Positions 1 through 13,115 are shown, counted from the first letter of the whole stretch. The stretch: 61,132 bases of DNA, filler included, from Sphacelaria rigidula (GCA_964200075.2; 10 parts of 10 records of this genome joined end to end with filler, not necessarily neighbours in it), one strand, 5' to 3'. A program made the numbers and translations. Notes: generated by a model not told the origin, from the sequence alone.

Positions 1-69
1 ATGAGATAAGGGGCTCCTAACAATTCTAACCTCAGAAATTATTTCTGTACCCCTACCGTAGCATCACTC
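1..69. mobile_element. End of ~258-bp MITE family with TIR GAGYRATGCTACGGTAGGGG (contig-truncated)
   Basis: Near-identical to 47898-47966; ends ...CCCCTACCGTAGCATCACTC. Confidence 0.8.
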
Positions 70-600
70 CGGAGGTGATCGCCAGCATGGAAGCATGTGC
101 CTCACGAAGATGGCTTGGCGAAGGCGCACACAGACTGACCTGGCTCACGGCGGGTCAGGGGATTTCCTGCACTAATTGTAACATGGGATAAAACAAATTG
201 AGGACGGATTTTTTTGTCATTCGGTGCACCCAGCCACACCTACTTAACTGCGACGGAAACATTTTTTGCGAGAGAATTCTTTCCTCTGGCAATACTGTTT
301 CACACAAAACCTTGCTTCTTGGAAGGCTACTTGAACCTCATTCAGCTGTTCAATCTCATTTTCCACGATACTCCGTTTGGGGGCGGTCACCCATTGCGAG
401 ATAACGAGTACGGTTCGGGCCGAACAATCTTTGCAGGATGCAGCTCACTCTTAATGTGACTCGCCGGACACATCACGGCGCTTTGCGCTCGATGATTGCG
501 AGGCTGATCAGGCGAAAAACCGGCGTGCTTCGCCCCGACATTGTAGGGTTGTGAGACCAATGGCCTCATGACATGGCAAGCAAGATCATTGGTACACCCC
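70..600 (+). mobile_element. Decayed 3' portion of LINE family B
   Basis: 455-600 aligns with the reverse complement of 48730-48886 and with 33143-33229; ends GGTACACCCC; degenerate zinc knuckle CTNC...EDGFFVIRC at ~168-228 across a stop/frameshift. Confidence 0.65.
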
Positions 601-797
601 GTATCGTAGGATCACTCGCAAGATCACGGCGTCTGTCGTGTTCTTTACCCCCTCTCCACATTCCTCAGGTTGTGAATAAATCAATGCGCCATGATCCGCC
701 ACTCCGAACACCCACTGGAAACAGACATCACAAAATAACTGCTGTACAGTCCATGTGCTGGAGACCGCACTTCTCAAAACCCACTAATGCTTTCCTC

Positions 798-894
798 TTT
801 GACCGCCAGCAGGGTGATCTGTTCAATCGGCATCATTTATTTTCATTTAAAAAATGTTCGCGAGACCCAGATGACCCGCCATCTGGCGGTCAAA
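798..894. mobile_element. ~100-bp MITE, possibly piggyBac-type
   Basis: TIR TTTGACCGCCAG...CTGGCGGTCAAA; related copy at ~38010-38112 preceded by TTAA|CCC. Confidence 0.5.
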
Positions 895-977
895 TACGGG
901 TAACGTCAACCGTTGTCAATCATTACTGCAATGAGCATTGCCGCTCAACATGCCTGTACGTCGAGTCGTCCGCTAAC

Positions 978-1297
978 CCCCAGTTCTTGTTCCTCTTCCC
1001 CAGTCACGTTGTGCTTCCTCGCCGCATCGAGCACCCTCATAGCCCTGGTTACCCCCATTAACGTCATCTCGTGCACGGTCGGACACTCCTTCCTGACGAA
1101 GTTGGTGTTTGCCAGGCCGGAACCAGCACCGCACCCAGGATTTCCCACAGTTGCACGAAATCTTTGAGCATCTTTGAGAGGGCCTGGTCTGATGACTAGC
1201 GGCTTAGATAAAGGAACTATCGTGGCTGGTCGTGGTTTTAGGGGAGGCAGCGGAGGTGGGGGGGGTGCGAGGGGGGGGCTAGGCCGGTGCTGCATGC
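978..1297 (-). CDS. Possible exon of an unknown proline-rich protein (MQHRPSPPLAPPPPP...EEEQELG)
   Basis: Open frame bounded by tag acceptor and GGG|gttagc donor; no recognisable domain. Confidence 0.35.
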
Positions 1298-3850
1298 CTA
1301 CGACGAATCTCAACCCTCACTGGAAAAGTTCTACTCCATTTCAAGAAGATCTAAAACAATAAAAAATAAATCGAGAATCCTTCGTGTAATCCAGCCTTCG
1401 TCATCCTACAAGTTCGTAGCGTGTTCGCCCGCGATACGAAATGCGAAAGCCTCTGAGAGTAGCACAAGAGACGCGAAAGAAGGGACTGAGTCGACAGACT
1501 AACACAGACAACGAATCCCGTGTTCAGTATTTGATTGCCCCGCAACGTTGGGTCTGAGTTGGTGTCACGCTTTTTACCTTTTTAACACCCCCCAAACACA
1601 CCACCAGAAGGGTGCTGCTAAAATCTTTGTACAGGTAGCTACTAAGCGTCTTGGAAAAGCTCTACAGTACGTGAAGTGAAACACGCGCGTTGACTTGAAG
1701 GTTACCACGATGTGTCATAGTAGGCACAACTCGCAATAGATCGTCAGTTAGACCCGGCTGCAGGAAAGTCTGCTTCTAAGGCGACCCAGCCTGTAGTTTG
1801 TCACTTATACTGAACACAGCGCGTAGCAAAGTGGTGGGGTGCGATAAACTGTAGGTCCGCCCTCCTCCGTACCATCGGGGATTTGTGCTTCGCTGTTGAG
1901 TTTGCGATCAACAGCCACGACTACGCCAGTGGAGTGCAATGTCACAGTAACAGCGTAGTAGTCATAGTGTGTTAACAGGGTGGCATTGTAAGAAAGCAGG
2001 CTGCGCTGTCCCATCTAGTGTGCTCGTGAGGTGATGAGTGGCTGTGGTGCGCCTCCTCGCGGTGCACCGTTTTATGGGGCAAGATAACCCTCACGGGAGA
2101 TCTTGATGAGGTTAAGCAGGCAAACTGACCAGCTCGGTCGGGGCTTCGCTCGTTGTCCCAAGGACCTCTGCCTGCGGAATTCGTTACAGTACGAGTACTT
2201 GCTGTCGCCATTATTAGTATATTTGATTTTATTGTATATATCGCAGATCGGGACGGCGAAAAAAGGCAAGGAAAAAAAGAACGGAGGCGAGCCCTTGACG
2301 AGCCTGGTGAAAAGCAAAGTCTATCTCTCCAAAGTGTAAAAATCTCGTGAAAAAAAGTGGACTCCCTGTTGTGTAATTCTGAGCACATATCACTTGAATA
2401 AATCAAGTATTGAAAACATTCTGAAATGGCCATGACAGCTACTATTAATCCGCGATCTAGCAGCATTACTTTTATAACGATGTTCACCTATCTGCACGAA
2501 GATCTCTGAATATTTGCGACTCGTACCTTCTAGTTTTGGTGTTATAGCTTCCATCTGCGGGTCTGGATAAACGGCTAATGGGTAATATTTTAGAACATAA
2601 CAATGGCATTTGCGGAATTATTTCGCTACGCGTATATATTTGGTCATTGATATTTGGAGAGAGACAGGTGATTGCACTGTGTACCAAAGTATTGAGAGTG
2701 CCACAGTAAACTCTTTGCCGAGAGTTGAACAAGGGTATTGCTTGTTGGCTGAGATTGATATTTCGCTGTTTTGCTTGCTGGCCAAGCTTAACAAGAAAAC
2801 TACATACATAGGCAATACAACTAGCAAGAACGCACAGCGAACAGTTGTCCAAGTCAGTTGCTGTGCAGCAGGGGGTTATATTTTAGGGCTTCGGTTGAGC
2901 GCATAGAACAGCATGCGACTACTGCCATAAGTACTGTCAGGAGCGGACGAGATGAACGACTCTACCCTCCAAGACGTTGTGGGAGAGCACACGTCTGGAG
3001 GGTCTTTGAGCGCCAATTTTGCTACCCTATCTCAGGTACGGGTTTGCATGTACAATGCAATATTGTGCCCACAGTAATGAACAATGACATCGCGCTGTGT
3101 GTTTATTGTGCATGTCAAATGCCGTTCAGTTCGTAGCTGTCTGCGCAGCTAAGCAAGCACCCAGACATACGCCGGCAGGACGTGCTGCTCCTTGTGTAAC
3201 CACGCCTCCTTTCCCACGCCAGGACTGCTCTCGTCTGTTGATGGCCTGTGCAGTTGCTTCAATTTCCCTGTGATGCTGCTTTCCCCTTTTGATTTATTGC
3301 GATGGCCACTCCGCAATGTCCTTCCAAGTTAGTTGCTGTTTCATCGAAGCGTCTCCATGTTGTTCTGTTATGCTCTTTTATGCAAGTTCGACAGAGCTCC
3401 AGTGGGCTGCAACCGAGGTACGCTCTGAAATCGGGCCGTGTTGACTTTTTGACGCTACAGTATGCACAAGCTGAAACGTACGACAGACATGAGTCTGGAG
3501 CGTGAAAATTTTCGGTGCAAACAGGAAATACTTATAGGAGCTGACACAGAACAAATCGATGGCGGTAATATAAAGCTCAAGCACAGGGCCAGAGAAGAAG
3601 GGAAGGGCGCCAGGAGTTGAAGGAACACGGTGCAGTGGTCACGGGTAGAACAACTCCAATCTGGTCTTGCACACCTGGCAGGCGAAAGGCTGCATGTCCA
3701 CCTGTAGTAGCGAGCTCACTTGGTTGGGTTATGTTACTGTTTGTGTTCACCGTAGGACACCTCCCAAGTTGATGGTTAGTATGGATACTGATAAAATGCC
3801 TTCATCAACTTCTCCCATAAATCCCCCACGCGTGAATACCCCACCCCTAG

Positions 3851-5335
3851 ATATGCGGGAGGGGTGATACAGTCGAAGCGCTGAGCCATGTGCTGGCACA
3901 ACAGCGCCAGGCATCCACAATCCGGGGCACAAGCACAGCTGCACCCGGCGTGGCTTCAGTGACGCCCGGGACGGGGACTACGCCTGCGGCCGCACCGCCA
4001 CAACAGCAGCAGCCGCAGGCACAAGGGAGCACTGGTCAACCTCACGAGCACGGCCCCATCGGGCCGCAACAAGCTCAAGCTCAATCACAGCTTCAACAGC
4101 CACTGAGCGATCACGACTTCGCTAAAGTTAAACTTGCCGTGCGCGCACGCGACGAGCCGAAGCTGGCGGGCGTATCGCCGGCAACGGGCGCAGGAGCAGG
4201 CGCAGGCACCGGCGTCCAGACACCTCTTGGTTCGGCAGCTGACGCGGCGTCGCCTCAGGTGCCAAATACCACTAGCCCTGGTGTCGTTTGTTCGGCAGGA
4301 GCGGCAGCTGCCAGCAAGGGCAGCGATCACGGTAATGACAGCGACGGCCCCGGAATAGACCAGCGGTTATTCGCGCCAGTTCTGCGCGCGATACTCGCCG
4401 GGGAGGGTGACCATGTTCTCCGACGATCACTGCTGTGCCATCCATTCCTAAAGGGGGTCAAGACCGGGGGCAGCTCGGCATCCGCGGCAAGCCCTGGCTC
4501 CAAAGATCTGGGGACAGCCGACGCCAGGAAATCCGCTCCGAGCCCCCTCGGGGGCACCGGGAGCGGCAGCGGCCGACGGAAGGGAAGCAAGGGGTCGAAG
4601 GGGGGTAAGGCGAAGAAGCGGGACAGAGATAGAGATAAGGAATCAGGAGACTGGGGCCCTGCCGCCACCCGGGCGGCACAGGTCGGTCCGGCGTCGGCGT
4701 CGAAAGCCGAAAAGAAGCCGCTGAACGCGCCTCAAGAGGTGAGCCGGCTCGCCGAACTGGCGGCATCAGATGGCTCTCTGCAGTCCACCCTTGTGCTCGT
4801 CAAGACGCTTCTCTGTGCCGTGGACCCAGCCACATCTGGTGTGGATGAATCATCCCGTCGCTCGGCGTCCTCGGGACGACTAGGGCGTAGCAGCAGTCAA
4901 GGATCTACGACCTCCGGAGGCGCGACGACTGGTGGTGGTGGTGTTGGGAAGACTTCCTCGGCGACATCGATGGGGTTGTCCCCAGAACTTACTGTCAAGA
5001 CATCTCCCCTGCGGACTCTGGCGGGCAGGGGCCTGTCTGGGTGGTCCGACGTGTTGGAGTTACTTCGACGGGAGAAATATCGAGAAAGGATGGTGTCTCT
5101 TCGAGGAAGGCCAAGCCTGACCGTATGCTGCGGCAAGGCGGAAAATCGAGGGAGGTTGGAGGTGAAGGGGGAGGCGTCTGGAGTGGTGACGGGTGTGCAG
5201 GTGAAATATGTTGATCTAGAGGGTGCATGGGCGACGCGTGAAGGACGACCAGTGTGCATGGAGCATGCGTTTTGTAATGAGCATTCCAATTGTGCTGAGT
5301 TCGCTTCCAAAAAGCGCACTGTGGACACGGGTTAG
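3851..5335 (+). CDS. Large exon of an unknown protein (low-complexity Ala/Gly/Ser/Gln tracts alternating with ordered segments; Cys/His-rich end)
   Basis: ~1.48-kb open frame, GC-rich relative to its flanks; acceptor cccacccctag|ATA at 3850/3851; possible donor G|gttagg at 5330/5331 or stop at 5333-5335. Confidence 0.8.
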   Translation: MCGRGDTVEALSHVLAQQRQASTIRGTSTAAPGVASVTPGTGTTPAAAPPQQQQPQAQGSTGQPHEHGPIGPQQAQAQSQLQQPLSDHDFAKVKLAVRARDEPKLAGVSPATGAGAGAGTGVQTPLGSAADAASPQVPNTTSPGVVCSAGAAAASKGSDHGNDSDGPGIDQRLFAPVLRAILAGEGDHVLRRSLLCHPFLKGVKTGGSSASAASPGSKDLGTADARKSAPSPLGGTGSGSGRRKGSKGSKGGKAKKRDRDRDKESGDWGPAATRAAQVGPASASKAEKKPLNAPQEVSRLAELAASDGSLQSTLVLVKTLLCAVDPATSGVDESSRRSASSGRLGRSSSQGSTTSGGATTGGGGVGKTSSATSMGLSPELTVKTSPLRTLAGRGLSGWSDVLELLRREKYRERMVSLRGRPSLTVCCGKAENRGRLEVKGEASGVVTGVQVKYVDLEGAWATREGRPVCMEHAFCNEHSNCAEFASKKRTVDTG

Positions 5336-5969
5336 GTGTGCGCCAAGTAGAGATGTTCATCTTCGATTTTCACGTCTGCTATTGTTGAGAGCCGCAACCG
5401 AGTACATGACCGCATCTCTGACGCGAGGGAAAAGCACAAACATGAACCTCGACCACATGGCTGTTCGCACATCTAGACTTTTGATTTTCTTACGAGCTGG
5501 GCTAGCAGTGTATGCCGCATTTGCATCTCCAACCATAACTCGTCAACTTTACCAAATCAGCTCGACTCGAGCATATCACTGTGGATCAACCTGGTAATGC
5601 ACGGCACCGCCGCTGGTCGATTGGCGAAGTTTTGGCGATGATGTTTTTGTACTGCATGGAGTACCGGGAACGTCTCGTGTCGTTGCGTGATATCGTGTCA
5701 TGACGCTTCGTTTCACGAAATGCTGTGGAATTACGGTAAGGAATTGCGCCGCACAGGCACGCGTTGATTCGACATGCGCGGGCAAAAGCACACTGGCACG
5801 AGTAGTGCTGCAAGATGGCATGAGGTCAACAGCTCCATCATGAGAGAAAACCTCCCAGCGGACGGTCATTTACCACCGTAAGAGGGAGAAGTACTATCTC
5901 AAACCGTGCTATTGTATACACCCCCCAGATGCAAGGCGCTATGCCAGATTATGCGCAAACACAAGATGG

Positions 5970-6024
5970 TCGTGTCGGGATTCGAACTCGTGACCTCTGT
6001 AATAAGAGGTGGTTCTACCAGTTT
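5970..6024 (-). repeat. tRNA-derived fragment (SINE head or tRNA pseudogene), cut by contig end
   Basis: Minus strand reads CTGGTAGAAC-CACCTCTTATTACAGAGG-TCACGAGTTCGAATCCCG: partial A box, CCTCT/AGAGG stem with a non-canonical 6-nt loop, B box GTTCGAATCC. Confidence 0.55.
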
Positions 6025-6124
6025 NNNNNNNNNNNNNNNNNNNNNNNNNNNNNNNNNNNNNNNNNNNNTTAATTAATTAANNNNNNNNNNNNNNNNNNNN
6101 NNNNNNNNNNNNNNNNNNNNNNNN
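6025..6124. other. Artificial contig linker (also 12149-12248, 18272-18371, 24395-24494, 30518-30617, 36641-36740, 42764-42863, 48887-48986, 55010-55109)
   Basis: Identical N44-TTAATTAATTAA-N44 spacer with stops in all six frames, separating 6023-6024-bp pieces. Confidence 0.99.
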
Positions 6125-8441
6125 CATCAGCGTATTATACTGCACTTTATATAGTGTTCATGACGGAGTCTTCATATTTCAAACCCATCAGCTGCGCCGC
6201 CAGACATGCCTGCAAACGATTGTGGCGTTCTCCAGTGCGACGAAAGTAAACGAGATGCTTCTTTTTCAAGCGGATTATACACTCCATATACTACGCCCTG
6301 GGCGCGGTGGTGCGCTGGAACACCAAGCGTGGTCGCCACCTATCGTCGTACAATGGAGCCCGCAAGGCACCCGCACCGAGCAACACCATGCACACCATCG
6401 AACGCGGGATATGATCACGTTCTCGACCTGCAACTTTTGCCGACGGTCCAGCCTTGAACATAGCTTTTCAGATATGCCGTGTGTTGGGCCGTAGGTCGTC
6501 CCTCTGGGGCGCCTCGCTCATGTGAACTACACCTATTTTGCGGATGATTCAAGCTGGTAATTTATACAAGGGTTCTTATATGCGAAAATCGGCGTACATT
6601 TGACTTTTTCTTATTTTTGGCGCAACACTGACAAGCACTGACAAGCGCTTGCACGACCGTGCTTCCTGAAGTGAGTGCCTCTACAGGCTATACCAAGATA
6701 GGTATCGCGCAGATGACATCATCCAAAGTGTACCCAATACGGATCGATGCTCGTTTGCTGGGGCAGGAGCCACTGAGCAGGTCATGATGTGGAAGTGAGG
6801 GCATCTGCGTGTCCTTATATGCATTCACTGACGTCTCACACTGTCTGGACCAACGGGACTCCGTTTTGAGGGCGTATCGATGGCATTGCCTAAAATTCGT
6901 TTTCACTTCGTGCGTGTGGCGCACCACGTAAAACGTGTGGCCGATCCGGGAATATGCTGTCTATGTTGTGGTCTACCTCTGTGCCAATTTTCAGGCTTGT
7001 TCGTCCAGACACGGCGGAGAAATCCACAAGCAAAGTGACGCTTGACTTGTACTGAAAATACAGTACTAAGCCATCGAAAGATACATGAGGTGCGTACTCG
7101 GATGACTCTCCCTGTCATCCCTGTCACAAGGATATCCCTGCGCCTGTATTTCACAGGTTCATCCTACAGGTTGCATGATCACAGGGATTGCGGCACCCCC
7201 CTTTGTTGCTTTTACACACTTGACCCACAGTGGGGACGTTCGCCCACGTGTGTACCTTATTCAAGTCGTCAAAGGCTCACCGCACGGTCTTGTGTTTGGT
7301 GGTAACTAAGGTCAATAAGGCAATGAAGGCAATGTTCAACTGCATTGCTCTCATGCTCTCGTGACATTGGCGGCATAAGCGGTGTACTCGTGCTCCCAAA
7401 TAAACGAGAACCCGACGAAGAAAAACACGGGGGGAAAATACCCCGCCAACAAACATCCTGCTGCTTGAAGTTTTTCATAACTTGGGAAAGCTTTTGTGGT
7501 TCGGGATCGACACCCCGCAAAAAGGAGCCAGTGCGGGCGACTTTCGATGGCCACAACACGCGCCACAGGTATCAGATGACACCCAAACCTGAACGGTAAT
7601 GTACCGCTGCGCCTCCTTCGTGTACTGCACAAAAAAGTGTGTGATGAGATGTCTTCCCGCCAGAGAAAACTTGACAAAAGTGGTGAAAAAAGCGAAATGA
7701 TATATATATATATATATACATTTCTTGGATCTTCAACTCTGTAGCTGGCGCAATTCATTCGTGCGCATGCATGGTAAATTTATTGCTTGTCGCACACGAC
7801 AAAACATGAGCGTCAGCTGATTTCATGCAGCCGTACAAGGTCTATCCAGTCGTGGTCACAGAAAACGTGCACCTCGTCACTATGTCACTTTGTACCCGAG
7901 GGAAGTCAACGGAAGCCCTCGCTACAGTACAGCTACATTAAACTCGAGGAGGGACACACATCAAGAAGATACAGCAGAGTAAATTGAACACGAGAATAGA
8001 GGAGAGGGAATAAAATGAACCGAAAACTGAGGAAGAAGAAAGGCGCCAGGCTAAGATCGTCATTGGACACAGCACAGCACAGCACAACACACTAGTAAGA
8101 GTACCAGTGATACTGCTTCCGAGAGGAGCTGAAAAAAGCAGCAGTCAGCAGTATCTTCTCCATGGCATGACAAGGAGGCTTTGCGACAAAAACTGAACAA
8201 AACAGAACGGAGCAACCAAGGTGGATACAGCAGCTTGCGATTGCGACTGAGCTATTTGGGGGCCATTGCAGTTGGGCAGGAACATTCACCCGCGAGCTCT
8301 GCAGGAGCGAGACACAAACACTGGTACTATTGTAACACAAAAAATGAGCGACCATGACGAGAGGAAGAAGAGAAGGGAAGAAGAAATAATCCGACACATT
8401 GATGTTTTGATTTCTGGCGAACTGTGTCTCAACCCCTGCAG

Positions 8442-8625
8442 GTACAACGACAAGCGAACACCGTCGTGGACAGATCGAATATTGTGGCGAGGATTCAGCC
8501 CGAGCGAAGACGATCGACGAGAAAAGCTGTTGCCGCCACCCCCATCATCCCAGGCGGCATTCGCTTCTGTGCCTGCAGTCATCGTATCCGATCATGAACC
8601 TGTATACTGCTTGCTGGAGCTTTGA
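8442..8625 (+). CDS. Terminal exon of an inositol polyphosphate 5-phosphatase (IPPc)
   Basis: ccctgcag acceptor; YNDKRTPSWTDRILWRG...SDHEPVY matches the IPPc motifs R.PSW[CT]DRILW and SDH.PV; TGA at 8623-8625. Confidence 0.9.
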
Positions 8626-11600
8626 TGTGCGTGACTTGTACGTAGTCAAGCTGGCAAGGCAATCGCGCTATTAGTGTAGAACACGGGATGAGGCGGATGC
8701 ACTCGTCGCATTTTACTCGTGCGCTGTGTGCTGTGTGCATTTGAAAGGCGTTTGTCACGGCCTCTGGGAATACGTTGATGCCCCGACACCCCGACATGCA
8801 GTGGTACTGATGTATATGATGGCGGCATCTCAGTACCAGAGTGTTGGTAGAACGAATCAGTAGTGTACACTATCCGTGTTGCGGGACGCGTGGTTGAATT
8901 ATACATTGGATGGTGACCTTAGCATATAGACGATGGTTGCTATCCGTGGCTGGTTACTTATGAAACATGTGCTGCACGGGGTCGGTGCACAGCTAGAGAC
9001 GCCGAGGATGGATGTTGAACCACGAGACCTTGGCTGATTGTGATTTGCACCGGAAGTACATTCGTGGAAGGGCGGTACGATGCGGGTACTGTACCTCGGT
9101 TGAGCGGTTAAAGTATATGTATCATTGAAGATAATCAGTCATGTGAAAAAACGCAAACTGAATGTCGTTGTGGAAGGTTAGGGTGACAAGTTCGAAGGCC
9201 GTTTTGCCGGTTGAAGGTGGCACTGGGAAGGGTCTGTTGAAGCGTCATTCATGAGGCGCTCCAGAATCGAAGTGGAGACATGGCCCTCTTGAACGTCTCG
9301 AGTAGATCGATTGATTTCTGTGCGCTTCTCCTCGCACAACTCTCAATTTTTCTCCACTTGACACGCCTGCAGGTCGTCCGCCCACACGTCTTCAGCCATT
9401 TGTCATCATGACGCCATGGTGGGTCACGTAGTGTCACGGCAATTCGGTTTGCAGCTACTTGTGAAGTGGAGCCAGAGGCAGACTGCATCCGGATCCATGT
9501 GACGATGACGGTGTCGGTGTGTTGCAATGCTATGGTACGGTAACGCGATGTTGCCGTCCAACAGCTAGTTGGATTTCGAGTTGTTGAACACAGTGGGAGT
9601 ACGTGGTGTCGTGCTTGTCGTACTTGAGGCCTCAAGGTACGGTGGAGACATCACGCATCGGCATCAGCCGTTTCTCTTTTTCGTTTCAAATAGCTTTAAT
9701 AACTCGTCGCTTGCCCTCGGTACTGTTGTAGCTTTATGACTAGAGTATCTAAATCTCATACATGTGTGTAAATGGGTTATATGTGGTTCGTCCGTGGTTT
9801 TAATAGCAGTAGCGCAGACGTGGCATGACACGCCCAAGCTCTTGTTTTCGTCAGATTGTGATTTTGGAGTTATTCGAGTTACGTGCATATGCATGAGGCA
9901 GGTAGTCGTCAACGGCGCCCGGCTGTCTAAGTTAGTTTCCCACCTATTGCGTTCAATCTTGAGCGGTAGCCTTCTTGTACAGAATCCCTAAACACTGGCT
10001 GCCAGTGTGGCGTTATTACCCGGTACATACTGTATACTGTACATGGTGACGATTTGTTTTTTCGTTGGTGACTGTGTTCGGTCGTGTATGACCCACATAC
10101 GTCACGGCATTGACGAACATCTGCGTTACCTTTGGGGATGTAGTCCTGAACACTTTTTTGGTTTCTTTTTGTTAGAGAAGGAGTATTTATTTTGCGGAAG
10201 TCTGGAGCACTCGAGCCGTTCAAGCCCTTGAACAAAGTCGAGACGCGAGGGAGAATCATCTTCCTTCTTCCGTGTTACCGGCATAAAAGCGTTCAAAGAT
10301 CGGTTGGCTCGATAAGAATGCAGCTATCACATACCATACATGGTGAGGAGTGGGCAAGAGAGAGCAACGAAAAAGTGCACCGACCACTTTGCACTTGCGT
10401 TTTCCGAAGGTGTAGTGTTGAGTGTCGATCCATGTCCCCTCTATAGCCTACACACATGTAACAAAGTGCGCTAGAATGATGGGAGGTTGTTGCGGTTTCA
10501 TGTTTTGTGATGGCGTGTGTGGTCGTGTTACCTGTGTTTCGTTTGTGTGTCCTTCGGCGGGTGGAGAGTAGAGCAGTGTGATATTACACAATTTTGTGAC
10601 ATCGCTGCCGTCGTGAAAGCAGTACACCCAAGTAGCGATTATTGCACAGCCTACAAACGTTTTCAACCTCGCTTCCCCGCACGTGAATGGAAAGTTCCAT
10701 ACTGTACATATCGTACTGTACTATCATCTACCCTACCCTGTGCAATCCAATGCATGCACGCATTGTTCCATCATTGGTGCGCAATGTTTCTACCATCATG
10801 TTGTCCTAACCTTGAAGGCGTCCCTTGGTGTGGGAGAATCGCGAGACAGAAACATCCCCGTCTGTCTCGAGATACATAGTACTGCAGTCCAGTAAGATTC
10901 GAGCGCCCCAAGAAGCGCTCACGGACAAACGATGTGTACTGCACTTCGCACTGCGTGAGGCTCATTCATCTGCTCAACATGCCGATACAGAAAGTAAACT
11001 GGCATGCAGTTTTTTTATTGGCCATGACCCATTCTTTCTGCGATGACCCTTTCGCCAGACTAAGAGTAGAGCATTTGATTGAGACTGAACTTCTCAGCCC
11101 ATTCCCACTTGAAAACGAAGTGAAGATGACGCCGATTCCACAAACGGACGTTAGCCCTCTTGGGACCGGACTCAAACGCAGAGATCATTCGTGAATCGCC
11201 GTCATTTTCAGTCGTTTCCAAGTGAGTATGATAACGATTCACGATAGGCCCCCACCCGCGGTTAGTTCACTACGGTCCCAGAAGTTGAGTTCAGCGCCCA
11301 AGGTTTCCATTTCTGGAATCGGCATCAGCATACTCACTTGAAAGTGATGCCGGGACCCAGATCATGAACCCTGCCGGTCAAATGTTGACTTTCCGAAGAG
11401 TTAGTTGTTAGATGAATGATCCGAACGCAAACACCAACACACCATTCTTTAAAATCACGTCCGTACAAACACCCTACACTCGCATTCGACGTATTAATCG
11501 GAGGAACATTTTTGGAATGCATGTCATTATGTGCGACATAAAAAAGGAACCTGCTCAATGCACAGCGGCGCATTAATGAGAGCAACGTTCGGATGGACGA

Positions 11601-12248
11601 TATCGTGATTCACCTTCTTTCTTTGTCCATCCAACAATACGTATCGTTTCGTACTAACCCTCTTGGGACTGGGCCTCCAGAACGACCAACTAGGCTGGTC
11701 GGGAATGAAGTGTCCTGCATATGCATGAAACAGCGGCTTCATGTTGCTAAAAATCAACTTATGTATGTAACGGCAGGGTTAGATGAAGACCGAAAATTTC
11801 GTCCGTCTATTTTCAGGTACAAACTGTCTGTACTATAATTCGGGTGTTGTGCGCATCAGGCAATGTACAGATGATCAGTCGCGGTGGAGAGCTTTCAACA
11901 GGATGTGGCAACCGCCGCCCGCCACTTGTGGCCTTGGATATTGTCCCCATCACCTTGCCACACAGCCCTTTGTGGTCGGGGTGGGCCTCGATTTCCCTCT
12001 TTGTTGCAAGCGGCAAATTCTCTTCGAACGACATGGGTGTTGCGCCGCAGATACAGTACAGTACAGTGCAGCACGCTTTTCCGATTCAGCAGCAGCTGCC
12101 GCTGCATACTCCCTCACATGTTCTGGGCAATTCTCCGCGACAGAGATCNNNNNNNNNNNNNNNNNNNNNNNNNNNNNNNNNNNNNNNNNNNNTTAATTAA
12201 TTAANNNNNNNNNNNNNNNNNNNNNNNNNNNNNNNNNNNNNNNNNNNN

Positions 12249-12302
12249 AAAATTTCGAGCAACAAATGGCCCAAAATACCTCCCCCCATCGTAGGATGAC
12301 TC
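12249..12302. mobile_element. MITE end related to the GAG-TIR family; second copy at 18372-18428
   Basis: Both contigs start AAAATTTCGAGCAACAAATG...CCCCYATCGTWGGATGRCTC, similar to CCCCTACCGTAGCATCACTC. Confidence 0.65.
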
Positions 12303-12944
12303 CGCATTGAATTAAATTACACGCGCGAAGAGCGTTATGTTCGAGCAGCACGCGCGTAAGCGTTTTCCTTGTTGTCGGCATCGTGCCAGCGCGCTTGTGC
12401 ACTAAAGCGCTGTACTTCCCTGTGGTAGCCCGTCACGGTAGTGCTCCTCATGTTTCATCACGCTTTATTCGAAAACACGCAGGAGAGATGCCAGCGAGTC
12501 CATCATTGTTGCATTTGTAGGTGTGTTGAACCAGTTGTTTTTCGATACAACCCCCGCACGCTGCGTGTTGCACCAAATAGTATACCGTACCAGTTCAAAA
12601 ACGGATACTGTATGCATTACATATACGCCACCGACATGCTCTGGTTATAATGAACTGTGTACGAGGCGCGGGAAGCGTAACTTTATTCAAGGAATGCAAG
12701 GGCGCAGCCATACCGCAGTACACGCAGTATGAAACACGTGATCCGAACGAGACACGAGGCGAAAAAATTACATGATGATGAATACCTGGGCGTTTTGGTA
12801 CTGAAACGAATCCACCAATCCCTCCACTACCTACCGTACTAAGATAGCAAGGGTTCGACGAATCAGTTATTCGTCCGGAAATTAAGTAAGTTAAGTGCAA
12901 CTGATTCGTACCGTACGAATCAACCCTTAGGCTTTGTTTCCAGC

Positions 12945-13115
12945 GTTGCAACCCAGGTACGCGTAGCCCAGGCACGTGGAATGGCGCAAAAGTTGCATGG
13001 AAACCTGTTTCTGTGACCAGCGATCGACGTTTTTCTTTTTTTCGGTCAGGCCTAAAAAATCGTGGATTTGGTGATTCGAATCGGCGATGATTCTTCCGAA
13101 CCGTGGAAAATAGAC
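12945..13115. repeat. Interspersed repeat, unclassified; second copy at 36741-36910
   Basis: Colinear match GTTGCAACCCAGGTAC...CACGTGGAATGG.GCAAAAGTTGC...GACCAGCGATC. Confidence 0.75.

Noticed and set aside
2180..2240. IKYTNNGDSK (- strand) as a Mutator-like DGDS transposase motif; likewise ENDGDS near 11200
   Set aside because: Isolated short matches with no flanking conserved motifs.
6069..6080. Regularly spaced TTAATTAATTAA as a biological repeat or CRISPR-like array
   Set aside because: Embedded in fixed N runs with stops in all six frames; assembly linker.
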